In this document: positions 17,992 to 28,671 of the stretch, piece after piece
Layout: each line of letters opens with the position of its first letter
Numbering within the stretch: position 1 is the first letter of the stretch
DNA from: Deltaproteobacteria bacterium TL4
Lineage (GTDB): Bacteria > SAR324 > NAC60-12
NCBI GenBank assembly: GCA_051382335.1
Contig: JBBCAX010000157.1
Coordinates: 1-35,562, forward strand
DNA: 35,562 nucleotides
Direction of reading: 5' to 3'
Notes under the pieces: generated by a model
The model's database searches: none
Seen by the model: the letters and a program-made list of their open reading frames with translations, nothing else
Told to the model about the DNA's origin: nothing
Made by a program: the position numbers and the translations under genes

Positions 17992-19445
17992 AAAATATAA
18001 ACAAAGGAGAGGTTATGATAAGTCAGGCCCAAGCCATGCCTGTTGCTGCAGGAGCGAGCTTGAAAAAAGTCGCGGCTCCTTCACCGGAGCTATTAAAAGA
18101 GCTGGATCAATTGATTGAACTCGCGCAGCGGCAAGGATTTCGTATTGACAGTATTCACGTTGCTCAAGCGATGCTCAATCAGAAAATGTTGAAAACTCTG
18201 GAACAAGCAATTTTCAATCCTGATCGTCTTGCCGAGATAAAAGGCAAATCGTCCCGGATTGAGTTCATCGTGGAAGGTTCGATTCCTTCATATTTACTCA
18301 CTGAGCCTGCACTGAAAAGTGAGCCTATTTATAAGCAGGTCATTGGCTATAATCTCTGTAAATCATGTGGACTTTGCATTGATGTCTGTCCTAAAAAGGT
18401 TTACAAGGATGATGGGTACGGAAAACCCGACGTGGCGTTACGCCATACAGAGGAATGTACCGGGAATTTCCAGTGTCGCCAATGCGTTGATATTTGTCCT
18501 GAGAATACGATTCATCTCACCTTGGCGGATCCCATATTTAAATCGGTACTCTATGTGCTCTTGCCGAACCCTTATCAGGAAGCCATGCGACAAACGGTTG
18601 CTCGCCCGGATTTTTTTGTGCTGAACCCCTTGGTCCAAGGTTTGCTGTTGAGAATCCCTGAGAAAATGCCAGCTAAAGATCTTCGAGTCAGTCACAAGAT
18701 TTTGGATCAGTGCAATTTCTTTCCGATTTTGAAGATTAATGGATATTCCAGGCATTTGGTGGATTCTAAAACACCAGAAGCGGATCTTAAAACTTGGGCT
18801 AAAGAGAATTTCCGTAATCCTGAATTGGTCTTGGACGCGGTCTATTTTATTTATTCCAAGCTTCCGAGTATTCCCTCTTTGAAGCAGGGGAAGTATTCTT
18901 TCGATCATCTCATCAACCGAGTGATTGATGAAATCATACTTCCGGAAATTGCCATTCAGCAAGAAGGGGGATTAGACTTTCTGAGACAAATTATTGAAAG
19001 TGGCTTTGTGGCGGAAGTTTTTTCAGGAGCGAAAAAACGACCTATTGGAGGCTTATTGCCTCCAGGAACGTCTGTTGCGTGGAAAACACCCTATGGCAAT
19101 GACGTTCCCAAATACACTCACTTGGAGAAATGTCTCGGCCCTGAGTGTGGACTTTGTGTGACTCACTGTCCTGAAGGAGCTGGTGGCGAAAACGCGGCAA
19201 TTCGAATGGTGCCCTTGGTTCCCCTAGGTGCCATTCCCAGTCTTGTTCGAGGCTTGAGTACTTACTTGCTCAATTTGGAAGAACCCTCCAATTCTCCGAA
19301 AATTGAGGATATCAGTAAAAAACAGCCTTTTGAATTTGAAGTCAACCTTGATTACTGTAAAGCCTGTGGCATTTGCATTAGTTGTTGTCCTCACGATGTT
19401 ATTGAATCGGATGTACGCATATTTGATATTGGAGAAAGTACCTGA
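17988..19445 (+). CDS. Protein with two 2x[4Fe-4S] ferredoxin domains (KorD-like plus PorD-like fusion)
   Basis: First domain CKSCGLCIDVCP / CTGNFQCRQCVDICP. Second domain GGLLPPGTSVAWKT...CLGPECGLCVTHCPE...NLDYCKACGICISCCP. Confidence 0.8.
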   Translation: MKNINKGEVMISQAQAMPVAAGASLKKVAAPSPELLKELDQLIELAQRQGFRIDSIHVAQAMLNQKMLKTLEQAIFNPDRLAEIKGKSSRIEFIVEGSIPSYLLTEPALKSEPIYKQVIGYNLCKSCGLCIDVCPKKVYKDDGYGKPDVALRHTEECTGNFQCRQCVDICPENTIHLTLADPIFKSVLYVLLPNPYQEAMRQTVARPDFFVLNPLVQGLLLRIPEKMPAKDLRVSHKILDQCNFFPILKINGYSRHLVDSKTPEADLKTWAKENFRNPELVLDAVYFIYSKLPSIPSLKQGKYSFDHLINRVIDEIILPEIAIQQEGGLDFLRQIIESGFVAEVFSGAKKRPIGGLLPPGTSVAWKTPYGNDVPKYTHLEKCLGPECGLCVTHCPEGAGGENAAIRMVPLVPLGAIPSLVRGLSTYLLNLEEPSNSPKIEDISKKQPFEFEVNLDYCKACGICISCCPHDVIESDVRIFDIGEST

Positions 19446-21715
19446 TGAATGAAATAGAATTAAAAACACACCCTGGTGTTTTAGCAAATCGAAAAAAGGG
19501 ATTAATTCCTCTCGCCCAATCAATCCAGGCCGCGAGTCAGGGCAAGATTGGCATTACATACAATGGAATGCGTGTCGGAGACTTAAAAGTTGAAAAGCTC
19601 ACGGGGATTGACTCTGAAGAGGCACAAAAACTTTTATCTCAAATGATGAAATTTCCAATGCGTTCTGGCGTGTATCCTCTGGAAAAACTGATGAAACTCA
19701 AAAAGAAAGGTTTCGCGACAGAGAAGATACTCGAAGAACTCTATCGAAGTCATCTGCCCTTTGTGGCAGAAGATATTGTGCCTTCCATCGAGTCAAGACT
19801 TTTGAAAGTGTTCCTGCTAGGTAGTGCAGGAACCGGAGTCGTATCGGCGGTACAAGATATGGTTAACGCCTTTATTTCCGCGGGCTATTACGGTCGGGCT
19901 TTTCCTTTGTTCGATCCTTCCAAAAAGGGAGCACCGGTCAGTGGTTATGGAATGGTCAGCAGAGACCCCATTCTTTGTCATTCTCCTTTTGAGTCGCCTG
20001 ATATTATTTTACTGTTTGACCAAAAGATGTTTCCTCAGTTGCGTCAAAACTTAAAAAAGTATAATAAGGACAGTTCCAAAGAAATAGCGATTCTGATCAA
20101 CTCTCCAATGACTCCCAAGGATTTTAGACGGTCCGCTGATTTTAACGACCCTAATCCTCTTTATACCTTGGATGCCAGCTTACTTTTAGCGGGTAAGCGG
20201 ATGCCTCCCAACTACGCTATGATTGGCGGTATGTTGGGGGTGTTGGGTGAAGATGCTGTTGATTCAGTAGCTTTTTCCAAAGTTGTGGCGCAATCATTAC
20301 TGGCTAAATTTGGTCCAGGAAATAAAGTGGATGCCAATGTGGAGGCGTTTACCAAAGCCATTGAAAGTGTAAAAGGGCCAGAAATTCTATTGGAGTCACG
20401 GAAAGCTTTAGGAAAAATTAAAGCGGCAAAGGTTCCCAAGCATCAAACCGCCTACTGTGAAGATGGCAATCGTGCGATTGCGAGAGCGCTCGGGATGGTT
20501 CTCAATCAGTTTCCTTCTGTGGTCGCCGCTTATCCGATCACGCCTCAAACTCAAGTTGTTGAATACTTGGCACAGATGATTGCGGATGGAGAGCTTTCGT
20601 CAGAAGGTGTGACACCGGAGTCTGAACATGGAGCCGGCGGAGCCGTATTAGGGGCAGCCCGTGACAGAGTCCTTGCCTTTACAGCGACCTGTTCTCAAGG
20701 TTTTGCGTTGATGAGTGAGTTGATTCACACGATGGCCGGGATGCGCATGGGGAATGTTTTGATATCCAATGTGCTTCGGTCATTAAACGCTCCCCTGGAT
20801 GTGGAAAATGATCATAGTGACCTTTACAAAGTAGGCTTGGATGCTGGATTCTTGGTCTTCATGACCAAAGATGTACAACAGGCGTTTGACTTTCATCTGA
20901 TGGCCTATCTGGTGTCGCTTTACGCGGAATATCGGGAAATTTCGGTACCTGAAGGTCAGGATCGCCTGTTTGAAATGCTTGCTGATCGAACAGTGATGCT
21001 TCCAGCTCTTGTGGCGTCTGAAGGGTTTGAAGTCAGTCACGCACCGGAGTACTACCTTGCGATTGAGCCTAATCAAGTGGAAGCCCTGTATAATGATCCG
21101 TTTTTCAAATACATTAAACAGTTCGTCAATACTCCAAATCGAAGTATCATGGGAGCACTCCAACTGAGTAACGCAAGGTTGGATACTGATTTTCAACGTC
21201 ATCAGGCGATGGAATTGGCGCATGATATTATCGAAATCGTCTTCGAAAAATTTGAAAAATACTCGGGACGGCGCTATGACTTCATCCACTGCTATAATGC
21301 AAAAGCTTCTGAAATTATTTTTGTTGTGGCTGGTGCGGCTAATGGAACTTTTGAGGAAGTTGCCCGTCAGTTTGCTGTGGTCGGAATCAATGTCGGTGTG
21401 GTCCATCCCAATGTTTTACGCCCTTTTCCTAAAAAAGAATGGGCGGCTCTGCTAAAAGGCAAGAAAGTGTTTATCTATGATCGGGATGATCCTTTTGGTG
21501 CGGTAGGAGGTCGTCTTTATACTGAAATCGCGGGAGTGGTCAATGAGTATAAACTTGCCGAGAGTGGAACGGCTCTCTATTCCCGGATTTATGGTCTTGG
21601 CGGTAAAACCCCCTCTCTTTCGCTAGCAAGAGATGAAATCTTAAAAGCCTTGAAAGATCAAGCCGGAGAGCTTCAGCTTTCTGCGGAAAAACAATATGTT
21701 GGAGTGAACCTCTAA
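19445..21715 (+). CDS. Fused pyruvate-type 2-oxoacid:ferredoxin oxidoreductase gamma+alpha subunit (PorC-PorA-like)
   Basis: Gamma part: LGSAGTGVVSA and AFPLFDPSKKGAPV. Alpha part: DGNRAIA, AYPITPQT, ESEHGA, TATCSQG, RPFP and YGLGG. Confidence 0.85.
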   Translation: MNEIELKTHPGVLANRKKGLIPLAQSIQAASQGKIGITYNGMRVGDLKVEKLTGIDSEEAQKLLSQMMKFPMRSGVYPLEKLMKLKKKGFATEKILEELYRSHLPFVAEDIVPSIESRLLKVFLLGSAGTGVVSAVQDMVNAFISAGYYGRAFPLFDPSKKGAPVSGYGMVSRDPILCHSPFESPDIILLFDQKMFPQLRQNLKKYNKDSSKEIAILINSPMTPKDFRRSADFNDPNPLYTLDASLLLAGKRMPPNYAMIGGMLGVLGEDAVDSVAFSKVVAQSLLAKFGPGNKVDANVEAFTKAIESVKGPEILLESRKALGKIKAAKVPKHQTAYCEDGNRAIARALGMVLNQFPSVVAAYPITPQTQVVEYLAQMIADGELSSEGVTPESEHGAGGAVLGAARDRVLAFTATCSQGFALMSELIHTMAGMRMGNVLISNVLRSLNAPLDVENDHSDLYKVGLDAGFLVFMTKDVQQAFDFHLMAYLVSLYAEYREISVPEGQDRLFEMLADRTVMLPALVASEGFEVSHAPEYYLAIEPNQVEALYNDPFFKYIKQFVNTPNRSIMGALQLSNARLDTDFQRHQAMELAHDIIEIVFEKFEKYSGRRYDFIHCYNAKASEIIFVVAGAANGTFEEVARQFAVVGINVGVVHPNVLRPFPKKEWAALLKGKKVFIYDRDDPFGAVGGRLYTEIAGVVNEYKLAESGTALYSRIYGLGGKTPSLSLARDEILKALKDQAGELQLSAEKQYVGVNL

Positions 21716-21901
21716 CAGACATCAAAGTTTAACCCGCTTCCGTTATGCTTAGGACAGGTTAACGTTGGGATTTTGTAGATCAAAACCTGCAGCTAAACTT
21801 TGGAAAAAGTAGAGTGCGCTGCAACAAAAAAAGCGCACTCGCAGTCAATCTTTTATCCGAAAAATGATTTAAAATATTCTGTCTAATTTTTGAAGGTACT
21901 A

Positions 21902-24673
21902 ATGGCAAATACAGATTTTTTCTATAAACTAGCAACCAATCTCCAAGACGCAATTCCTATTGCGAATCAAGTTATTAAAAAGGCACAAACTCTTCCGGCA
22001 GAGGTTAATTTAATGATTTCTGACCGCCCTTTAGCCATTAAGGTGTCCAGTCTTTCTCCAGAGCACCTTCTAGGGCTGATTGCTTATGAAAAAATTCATC
22101 TGGTACAAGGCATTGTCGATTTGATGAGTCTGCTGGGAACAGAAATTCGTAAAGGAAGCTATTCCTTAAACTCCTTGTTGGAAGAAGTAAGTAAGCTCCC
22201 TTCTTTTACTTCTAATCCGGAACAGTCCTTAGCACTTCAAGAAATCCAACAGAAAGGAAGTCAGTTCTCCGATTTACCGCAAATCGAAAATGGGATTCAA
22301 ACTCAACTCCTGGACTTGTCCAAGAAACTCAATATTTCACTGGAATACCTCTTGGGAAATTTGGGAAAAGTCAACCTGTTGATTAAGCATTTGGGCGTGC
22401 GACTCATCACCTTAAACGTGAGTAGTTTATTTCATAACTACCAAAGCGGGTTTTACGAAATTGATCTGCAAAATGCCTCAGCAATCAAGGCTCCAACTAT
22501 TCTTAAACGGGCAAAAGCCTTAAAAGATCAGGGAACTACGGTAGAAATATTTCAAAAGGGTGAATTTAATCGAAAACTCACTGAGATTAGTGTTCAAGAA
22601 CTTGAAGAATGCATTAGTGACACCGAGGACGGTTATCAGGTTTCTTCAGAGGACTTTTCCAAGTTCATTGATGCTTTGTTTAAATTCGAAGAAAAACGAT
22701 TGAAAACGGCACCAACGCTTTCACTTCAAAATTTGTTGGCCTGCTTCCGATTTTCAACAAAGGATCGTGATGTTGTCGCGGTTCCCGCCGTGATCCAGCA
22801 GGATGATCCCCTACGATGGAAAGAAACACCTCTAGGTCAAGCCTTGCTTGTTATGAGGGAAAACTTGAACTGGCTTGCTGTCTCCATTGGCATAAAAAAC
22901 GCTGGTGATTTTGAAACACTGAGTCGGGATCCTGAAATTGACAAGCAGGTTGAAACACTGATAAAGCTCTCTGAAGGGCTTTCGATTACGTTGTTGTCCT
23001 CACAGAAACGGAAGGTGGTGGAGAGTCCGATCAATGAATTAAAGAAAGTTGAAATTCTTTTTTCCTTATACTGTGTTGCTGTCTTGGAGAAAAGAAAATT
23101 CGTGGAAGTACTCGAAGCGGCCGTCAGTATTCTTCGGTTTATTCATAATTTGGAAAACCATGATCCGATTGTCAATTTAAACGATCTCATCATTCCCAGA
23201 CTCGCAGGCGAAACGTATGTAACGCTGCTGGGAACACAGGGGCTGATTTTGCGAAATACCCCCATTGTTTATGCTTTGGGGAGTTTACGAAGTTTGCAAC
23301 ATAAGGTGCAGTTTACAGTTCAAGGCATCAATGACAAAGCCATTTCACTGAAAGACATCAGCATTGAAGACTTTCGACGTGCTGTCATCATGATGGGGAG
23401 ACAACTCAAAGAACCTCATTCTCCAGAACGGGTTCTTGCGATTATTCGTGATAAAGTCGTCCCTGAGATTGCTCAACTTCCTCAACAAGTGATCGCGGAA
23501 GGTGAACATGATTTAGGTAGAGTTGTTGAACTTTGTCTTTTAGGGGTTCCCCCCAGATACCCGTTACGCCGCCCCTGGAAAAAAATTAACCTGGACCCGC
23601 TTACCTACATGGGAAGTGGTTTGGAACCCGGAATTCGGAACTGTCTCGGATGTCCTGTTAACTCGCTTTACGGGCTTGTCATCAAGTCAGCAATTGCGGA
23701 TGGTTTTGACGAAATCATCACCTACGAAGCCACAGGCTGTTTTGAGGTTTATTCTGGGATCTGGCCTTACACCGGGAAGAAATTACCCTCCATTCACGGA
23801 GTTTTTGGGGGGGCTCCTTCCGAATTACTGGGAGGACTTGCCGCTAAACGAGCACGATATAAATTTGCGCGAAAGACAGATGCGATGGAAGCGTATATGA
23901 AAGCCAATGGAGAAAGGATTCTGCATCTTGGATGGGGTGGGGATGGTGCCACCTTTGACATCGGGTTTGGAAATCTTTCGGGGCTATTCTCTCGGTTACA
24001 AAAACTTTCAAAAGATGAATTGGCACCAGGTCTTTTTCAGCGTGGAATGTATGTCTGCTATGACAATGAAGGCTATCAAAACACTGGGAATCAATTTTCT
24101 GCGGCAAGTGCTCCGGGAGGGTATACAACGACTAACCCGATGGGGAAGGCGCAACCTCTTGGAAATGATTTACGTAAAAAACCAATAGTTGAGATCATCG
24201 CGGATCATGGGGTACCTCTTTCCGCACGGATGAATATTCATCGTCAAGAACATATCACTCGTGTTATTTCTCGTGCGCTGGAAGATGGAGCCCAGGGAAG
24301 TTTTATCCATTTTCTACAGCCTTGTACCACAGGTTGGAAGTTTGCGGCTGATAACTTAACCTACGATTTGGCAGGCCTTTCAGAAGAAGGCGGTCTCTTT
24401 CCTCCTGTTACGATTGAATATGGTGTCGCTTATCTTGAAATGTATCCGACTCCACGGAATTTGGAACATTCCTTCTTGAAACTTCAATCTCGCTTTCGAC
24501 ATCTCATGGGAAGCTCAGCGATTGCGAAAGAAAATATGCAGCTTGTCATGAACTACTATCATGAAGAGTGGCATCGCAATTTAAAACTGACAGGTTATGA
24601 AGGTGAATTGCCTCGTGCGGATCGACTGGGATACTTGGAAGAAGAGCATCGCAAACCAAGAATAACCTCTTAA
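21902..24673 (+). CDS. Pyruvate-type 2-oxoacid:ferredoxin oxidoreductase beta subunit (PorB-like) with a ~570-aa N-terminal extension
   Basis: C-terminal CLGCP, ATGCFEV, GGDGATFDIG, YDNEGYQNTG and QPCTTGW motifs. The N-terminal region is not recognised. Confidence 0.82.
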   Translation: MANTDFFYKLATNLQDAIPIANQVIKKAQTLPAEVNLMISDRPLAIKVSSLSPEHLLGLIAYEKIHLVQGIVDLMSLLGTEIRKGSYSLNSLLEEVSKLPSFTSNPEQSLALQEIQQKGSQFSDLPQIENGIQTQLLDLSKKLNISLEYLLGNLGKVNLLIKHLGVRLITLNVSSLFHNYQSGFYEIDLQNASAIKAPTILKRAKALKDQGTTVEIFQKGEFNRKLTEISVQELEECISDTEDGYQVSSEDFSKFIDALFKFEEKRLKTAPTLSLQNLLACFRFSTKDRDVVAVPAVIQQDDPLRWKETPLGQALLVMRENLNWLAVSIGIKNAGDFETLSRDPEIDKQVETLIKLSEGLSITLLSSQKRKVVESPINELKKVEILFSLYCVAVLEKRKFVEVLEAAVSILRFIHNLENHDPIVNLNDLIIPRLAGETYVTLLGTQGLILRNTPIVYALGSLRSLQHKVQFTVQGINDKAISLKDISIEDFRRAVIMMGRQLKEPHSPERVLAIIRDKVVPEIAQLPQQVIAEGEHDLGRVVELCLLGVPPRYPLRRPWKKINLDPLTYMGSGLEPGIRNCLGCPVNSLYGLVIKSAIADGFDEIITYEATGCFEVYSGIWPYTGKKLPSIHGVFGGAPSELLGGLAAKRARYKFARKTDAMEAYMKANGERILHLGWGGDGATFDIGFGNLSGLFSRLQKLSKDELAPGLFQRGMYVCYDNEGYQNTGNQFSAASAPGGYTTTNPMGKAQPLGNDLRKKPIVEIIADHGVPLSARMNIHRQEHITRVISRALEDGAQGSFIHFLQPCTTGWKFAADNLTYDLAGLSEEGGLFPPVTIEYGVAYLEMYPTPRNLEHSFLKLQSRFRHLMGSSAIAKENMQLVMNYYHEEWHRNLKLTGYEGELPRADRLGYLEEEHRKPRITS

Positions 24674-24721
24674 TTAGGGTTTCCACAGGTGGGACACTCA
24701 TAAATTCAATTACGGTAGGAT

Positions 24722-24775
24722 GGGGTAGTCGCCTTGCGGCTACCTCCTCAAAGGGGTTGGGAATGCGCCCTTTGG
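24722..24775. terminator. Tandem hairpins between convergent genes
   Basis: GGGGTAGTCGC-CTT-GCGGCTACCTC and CAAAGGG...CCCTTTG. Confidence 0.4.
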
Positions 24776-24816
24776 AGACTCCCCCGATTGATAAATACGA
24801 CTGTGCATTCGGAGGA

Positions 24817-25950
24817 TTAGGGACGGACTTCTATGAATTGCGGTTGGACTTGATACATCACGAAGCCTGCTCCTGCAATATCACCTTTGTCGTCAAACTT
24901 GATACTCCCTAAAGGCGTTTCAATCTTTTCACTTTGTAACGCTTTTACGACCTTCTCAAAATCGGTAGACCCTGCCTTTTCAAAAGCCTTTGCCAAAACT
25001 AATAAGGCCACATAGCCTTGCAGGCTAAACGTTCCCGGATCACTTTCAAAACGAGCTTTGTAAGCCTGGGTAATCGGAGCCGCCATTGCGAATTGAGAGA
25101 CCTCCCTAGGTGCGGAAACATAACACGCCAGCGCATATTTACCTGCAATTTCAAGAAAAGAAGGATCTTTCACCCCCTCACTTGCAATAAAATTTGCGTT
25201 GATTCGTTTTTTGCGAGCTTCACTTATAATTTTTGCTGCTTCAGGATGGTATCCTGCAAAGAAAACCGCATCTTTTTTATCAATACCCGTTTTTTTGATT
25301 TTATTGACCAAGGCTGAATAACTTACGGCTCCCGGAATCACGCCTTCAAACAAAACGACTTCAGTTCCAGATTGCTTTAAACGCTCTTGTATCCATTCCG
25401 CTAGTCCCTTTCCATAAACACCTTTGTCATGAATCACTACCGCTTTTTTAATTTGAAGCTGTTTGATGGCAAACCCAACCTGGAATGAAGCCTGTGCCGC
25501 ATCATGGGCAATGGTTCGAAAAAAGTTTGGATTCTTGCCGCTTAGGGTCAAGGCCGGATTGGTTGAAGCGGGAGAGATCACAATCACATTTGCGTTTCGA
25601 TAGATTCCTAACGCAGCTTCTGTGGCCTCGTTGCACAAATGACCAATTACGGCATTCACACGCTGAGAAACTAATTTTTTTGCCACATTTTCTGCAGTGT
25701 TCGGCTCACAAAGATCATCCTCCATCAATAACTCAATTTTACGGCCTAGCACTCCACCTTGTTGATTCATCGCCTCAGCCGCAAGCACAACCGCATTTTT
25801 TATGGGGACACCATAACCGGCCAAATCTCCACTATAGGGAGAAACAACCCCAATTTTAAGGGATTCTCCAGCAAAACAGGTGCCAGTAAAAAACAAGGGA
25901 CTCACTATCATTAAAAGAAACCACGTCAAGCCTTCAAAACGTCCATACAT
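24817..25950 (-). CDS. Branched-chain amino acid ABC transporter substrate-binding protein (LivJ/LivK family)
   Basis: Signal peptide; KIGVVSPYSG, EDDLCEP, VIGHLC, ISPASTNP, FFRTIAHD, HDKGVYGKGLA and FDDKGD motifs. Confidence 0.92.
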   Translation of the reverse strand: MYGRFEGLTWFLLMIVSPLFFTGTCFAGESLKIGVVSPYSGDLAGYGVPIKNAVVLAAEAMNQQGGVLGRKIELLMEDDLCEPNTAENVAKKLVSQRVNAVIGHLCNEATEAALGIYRNANVIVISPASTNPALTLSGKNPNFFRTIAHDAAQASFQVGFAIKQLQIKKAVVIHDKGVYGKGLAEWIQERLKQSGTEVVLFEGVIPGAVSYSALVNKIKKTGIDKKDAVFFAGYHPEAAKIISEARKKRINANFIASEGVKDPSFLEIAGKYALACYVSAPREVSQFAMAAPITQAYKARFESDPGTFSLQGYVALLVLAKAFEKAGSTDFEKVVKALQSEKIETPLGSIKFDDKGDIAGAGFVMYQVQPQFIEVRP

Positions 25951-26249
25951 ATTTTTCCTTAAGAAATCAGAATGATTACAGGGATAAGACGTAAATCTTT
26001 CTCTGTGTTTGAGTTTTCTCTATAAAACCTCGCCAGTGATGAGTTACAGCCATGCAACGCAAACAAGAACAACTCTCCCTCGTGAAAGGCCACTCAACGT
26101 ATAGTGTGGGGCAAACAGCAAAGCAAGTTTTTTGTACAGCGCCTGGCTTGCGATTTCGACTTGATTTATTTCCTAAGCAAATTGATCTTGGCACCAGTAA
26201 AGATAACCCCCAAGCCATCGATTATTCCTCCCCCCTTTGATGAGGCCCC

Positions 26250-26588
26250 ATGTGGGAAAGATATAAAGCATTGCTCCAAGATAACGCCGTTCGAGTTTCA
26301 TGGAAGATCTATGATCAGGTTAGTCATCAAGAACCTTTGCAAAAATGGATTGAAACCGCAGAAAAACAAGTGCTTGCCAAAGAACGCCATGAGCATGAAA
26401 AAACAAAAAAAACGTTGGAAGCGGCTCGTCAACGGATGTCGGAACTGGAATCTGATAATCAAAATCTTCAAAAAGAAATTCTGAAAAAAGATGAAATTTT
26501 GAAACAGATCCAATCCCTCAAAGTCTTGATTCAGGAACAAAACGCAAGAAAAACTAAGAAAGGGACTGGCAGTGAAATTCTCTCATAA
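26250..26588 (+). CDS. Hypothetical coiled-coil protein, possibly the 3' part of a frameshifted gene starting near 26104
   Basis: Charged heptad-like sequence overlapping the start of the next gene. The upstream frame reads ...IIPPPFDEA up to the ATG. Confidence 0.4.
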   Translation: MWERYKALLQDNAVRVSWKIYDQVSHQEPLQKWIETAEKQVLAKERHEHEKTKKTLEAARQRMSELESDNQNLQKEILKKDEILKQIQSLKVLIQEQNARKTKKGTGSEILS

Positions 26589-28671
26589 CTACAATCGCCT
26601 GGTTCACGAACAAAGCCCCTATCTGTTGCAGCATCAAAACAATCCGATTTGGTGGTATCCCTGGGGAGATGACGCTTTTAAAGCGGCACGAGAAGAACAA
26701 AAACCTGTTTTCATTTCGATAGGTTATTCTACGTGTCATTGGTGCCATGTCATGGAAGGTGATTCTTTCGAAAAAGAAGACATTGCGGCAATTCTGAATC
26801 AACACTATATTGCAATCAAAGTGGACAGGGAAGAGCGGCCTGACGTGGATCGGATCTACATGGATATTCTCGTCGCCATGAATGGCCATGGCGGCTGGCC
26901 CATCTCCGCGATTTTGACTCCAGAAGCTATTCCTTTTTTTTCCGGAACCTTTATTCCCCAAGCGCAATTGCTAACACTGTTGCGGCAAATTCATCATACT
27001 TGGGAAACCGACCGTACTCAAATTGAGAAAGTGGGACAACAAGTTCGTCAGTGGTTATCCCAACAGTCTGGTTTCAAACATCCCCATGAAGATTTCCCCA
27101 CTCACGCCATGTTCCAACGGTTTTATCAACAGTCAGAACTTAATTTTGATGTCACTTATGGAGGATTTGGACAGCCGCCCAAGTTTCCTCAAAGTATGCA
27201 ATTAGCTATGCTTTTACGAATCTATCGAAGAACCGGCTCAGAAAGGGCACTTCAAATGGTCACAATTTCCCTGGATTCGATGGCTCGGGGAGGGATCTAT
27301 GATCATTTGAGTGGCGGTTTTCACCGATACTCCACAGATCGATATTGGCAAATTCCTCATTTTGAAAAAATGCTTTATGACAATGCGCAACTGGCGGTGC
27401 TTTATCTGGAAGCCCTTCAAGTCACAAAAAATCCTGAATATGAAATGGTTGCGAGAGGTATTTTTGAGTATGTGTTAAGAGATATGACTCATCCTCAGGG
27501 AGGTTTCTATTCCGCGGAAGATGCGGACAGTGAGAAAACGGAAGGAAAATTTTATTTATGGAGCTATCAAGAGTTGAAACAACACTTAACTGCGGAAGAG
27601 TTTCAGCACCTCATTCAGATTTACAATGTTACCGCGCAGGGAAATTACAATCCCAGTCAGCAGATCACGAGGCTTGAAGAAAAAGCGGGATTGAAATCGG
27701 TTCATCACACCAATGCTTTTTATATACAGCCTGAGGTCAACCTTCCTGATCTCAAGGATGTCCTGCTCCAGCAAACAAAATCCAGGTTATTGCAGCTTCG
27801 CGCCAAACGCATTCCGCCACTCAAGGATAACAAAATCCTCACTGCGTGGAACGCGTTGATGATTACGGCGATGACCAAAGGGTATCAGGTGTTGCAAGAC
27901 CAGCGGTATTTAAAAGCGGCACAGGCTGCTGCTCACTTTCTACTCCAGAACTTAAGAACACCTCAAGGGGCTTTGTTAAGACGCTGGCGGGAAAATCAGT
28001 CCAAATATGCGGCGTATTTAGAAGATTATGCGTTCTTCATTCAAGCGTTATTGCAGCTTTATCAAAGTGACTTCAATCCCCTTTGGTTTGAAAAAGCCAT
28101 AGAGCTTCAACAACTTCAGGATGACTTGTTATGGGACGAAGCACAAGGCGCTTACTGTTTCAATGATCCCTCTGACGCCTCAATCTTGCAACGGCATTAT
28201 CCTGTCGTGGATAGTAGCCTTCCTGCGGGAAATGCCGTTTCCGCATTGAATCTGCTGTATTTGTCAGCTTTTACCTATGAGGATACTTATAAAAGTCGAG
28301 CGTATCAAATTCTCGGAAGTCAAGGAAAGGCCATACAGAGTGCTCCCACAAGCTATGCTCAAATGCTCATGGCTCTCGACTATGCTCTGGATCAATCCAA
28401 AGAAATTGCAATCATTGGATCCCTAAACTCAGAGTCCACACAAGCCATGCTTCAACACCTTCAGCAAAATTTTCTTCCCAACAAGGTGATGGCGGTCAGC
28501 GATTCTGAGGTCTCTGTTGAGACGGTCTCGATTCCTCTGCTTTTCAACAAACACAGAATCCAGCAGGAAACCACCGCTTATGTTTGTGAAAACAACACGT
28601 GTCAGCAACCAACTCAGGATTTGGATCAATTCCAGGAGCTGGTGAATGCTTATACGAAATATGAACTTTAG
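26572..28671 (+). CDS. Thioredoxin-domain protein of the YyaL/DUF255 (SPATA20-like) family
   Basis: [42 protein letters not shown] and YSAEDADSE motifs. Confidence 0.93.
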   Translation: MKFSHNYNRLVHEQSPYLLQHQNNPIWWYPWGDDAFKAAREEQKPVFISIGYSTCHWCHVMEGDSFEKEDIAAILNQHYIAIKVDREERPDVDRIYMDILVAMNGHGGWPISAILTPEAIPFFSGTFIPQAQLLTLLRQIHHTWETDRTQIEKVGQQVRQWLSQQSGFKHPHEDFPTHAMFQRFYQQSELNFDVTYGGFGQPPKFPQSMQLAMLLRIYRRTGSERALQMVTISLDSMARGGIYDHLSGGFHRYSTDRYWQIPHFEKMLYDNAQLAVLYLEALQVTKNPEYEMVARGIFEYVLRDMTHPQGGFYSAEDADSEKTEGKFYLWSYQELKQHLTAEEFQHLIQIYNVTAQGNYNPSQQITRLEEKAGLKSVHHTNAFYIQPEVNLPDLKDVLLQQTKSRLLQLRAKRIPPLKDNKILTAWNALMITAMTKGYQVLQDQRYLKAAQAAAHFLLQNLRTPQGALLRRWRENQSKYAAYLEDYAFFIQALLQLYQSDFNPLWFEKAIELQQLQDDLLWDEAQGAYCFNDPSDASILQRHYPVVDSSLPAGNAVSALNLLYLSAFTYEDTYKSRAYQILGSQGKAIQSAPTSYAQMLMALDYALDQSKEIAIIGSLNSESTQAMLQHLQQNFLPNKVMAVSDSEVSVETVSIPLLFNKHRIQQETTAYVCENNTCQQPTQDLDQFQELVNAYTKYEL

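Noticed and set aside
24715..24790. Group II intron 3' end (domains V/VI) on the minus strand
   Set aside because: There is a hairpin ending in CCTAC but no domain V catalytic triad helix; it is better explained as terminator or repeat hairpins.
26238..26243. Selenocysteine or stop readthrough at TGA TGA
   Set aside because: No SECIS-like hairpin or redox motif context; a frameshift or chance is more likely.
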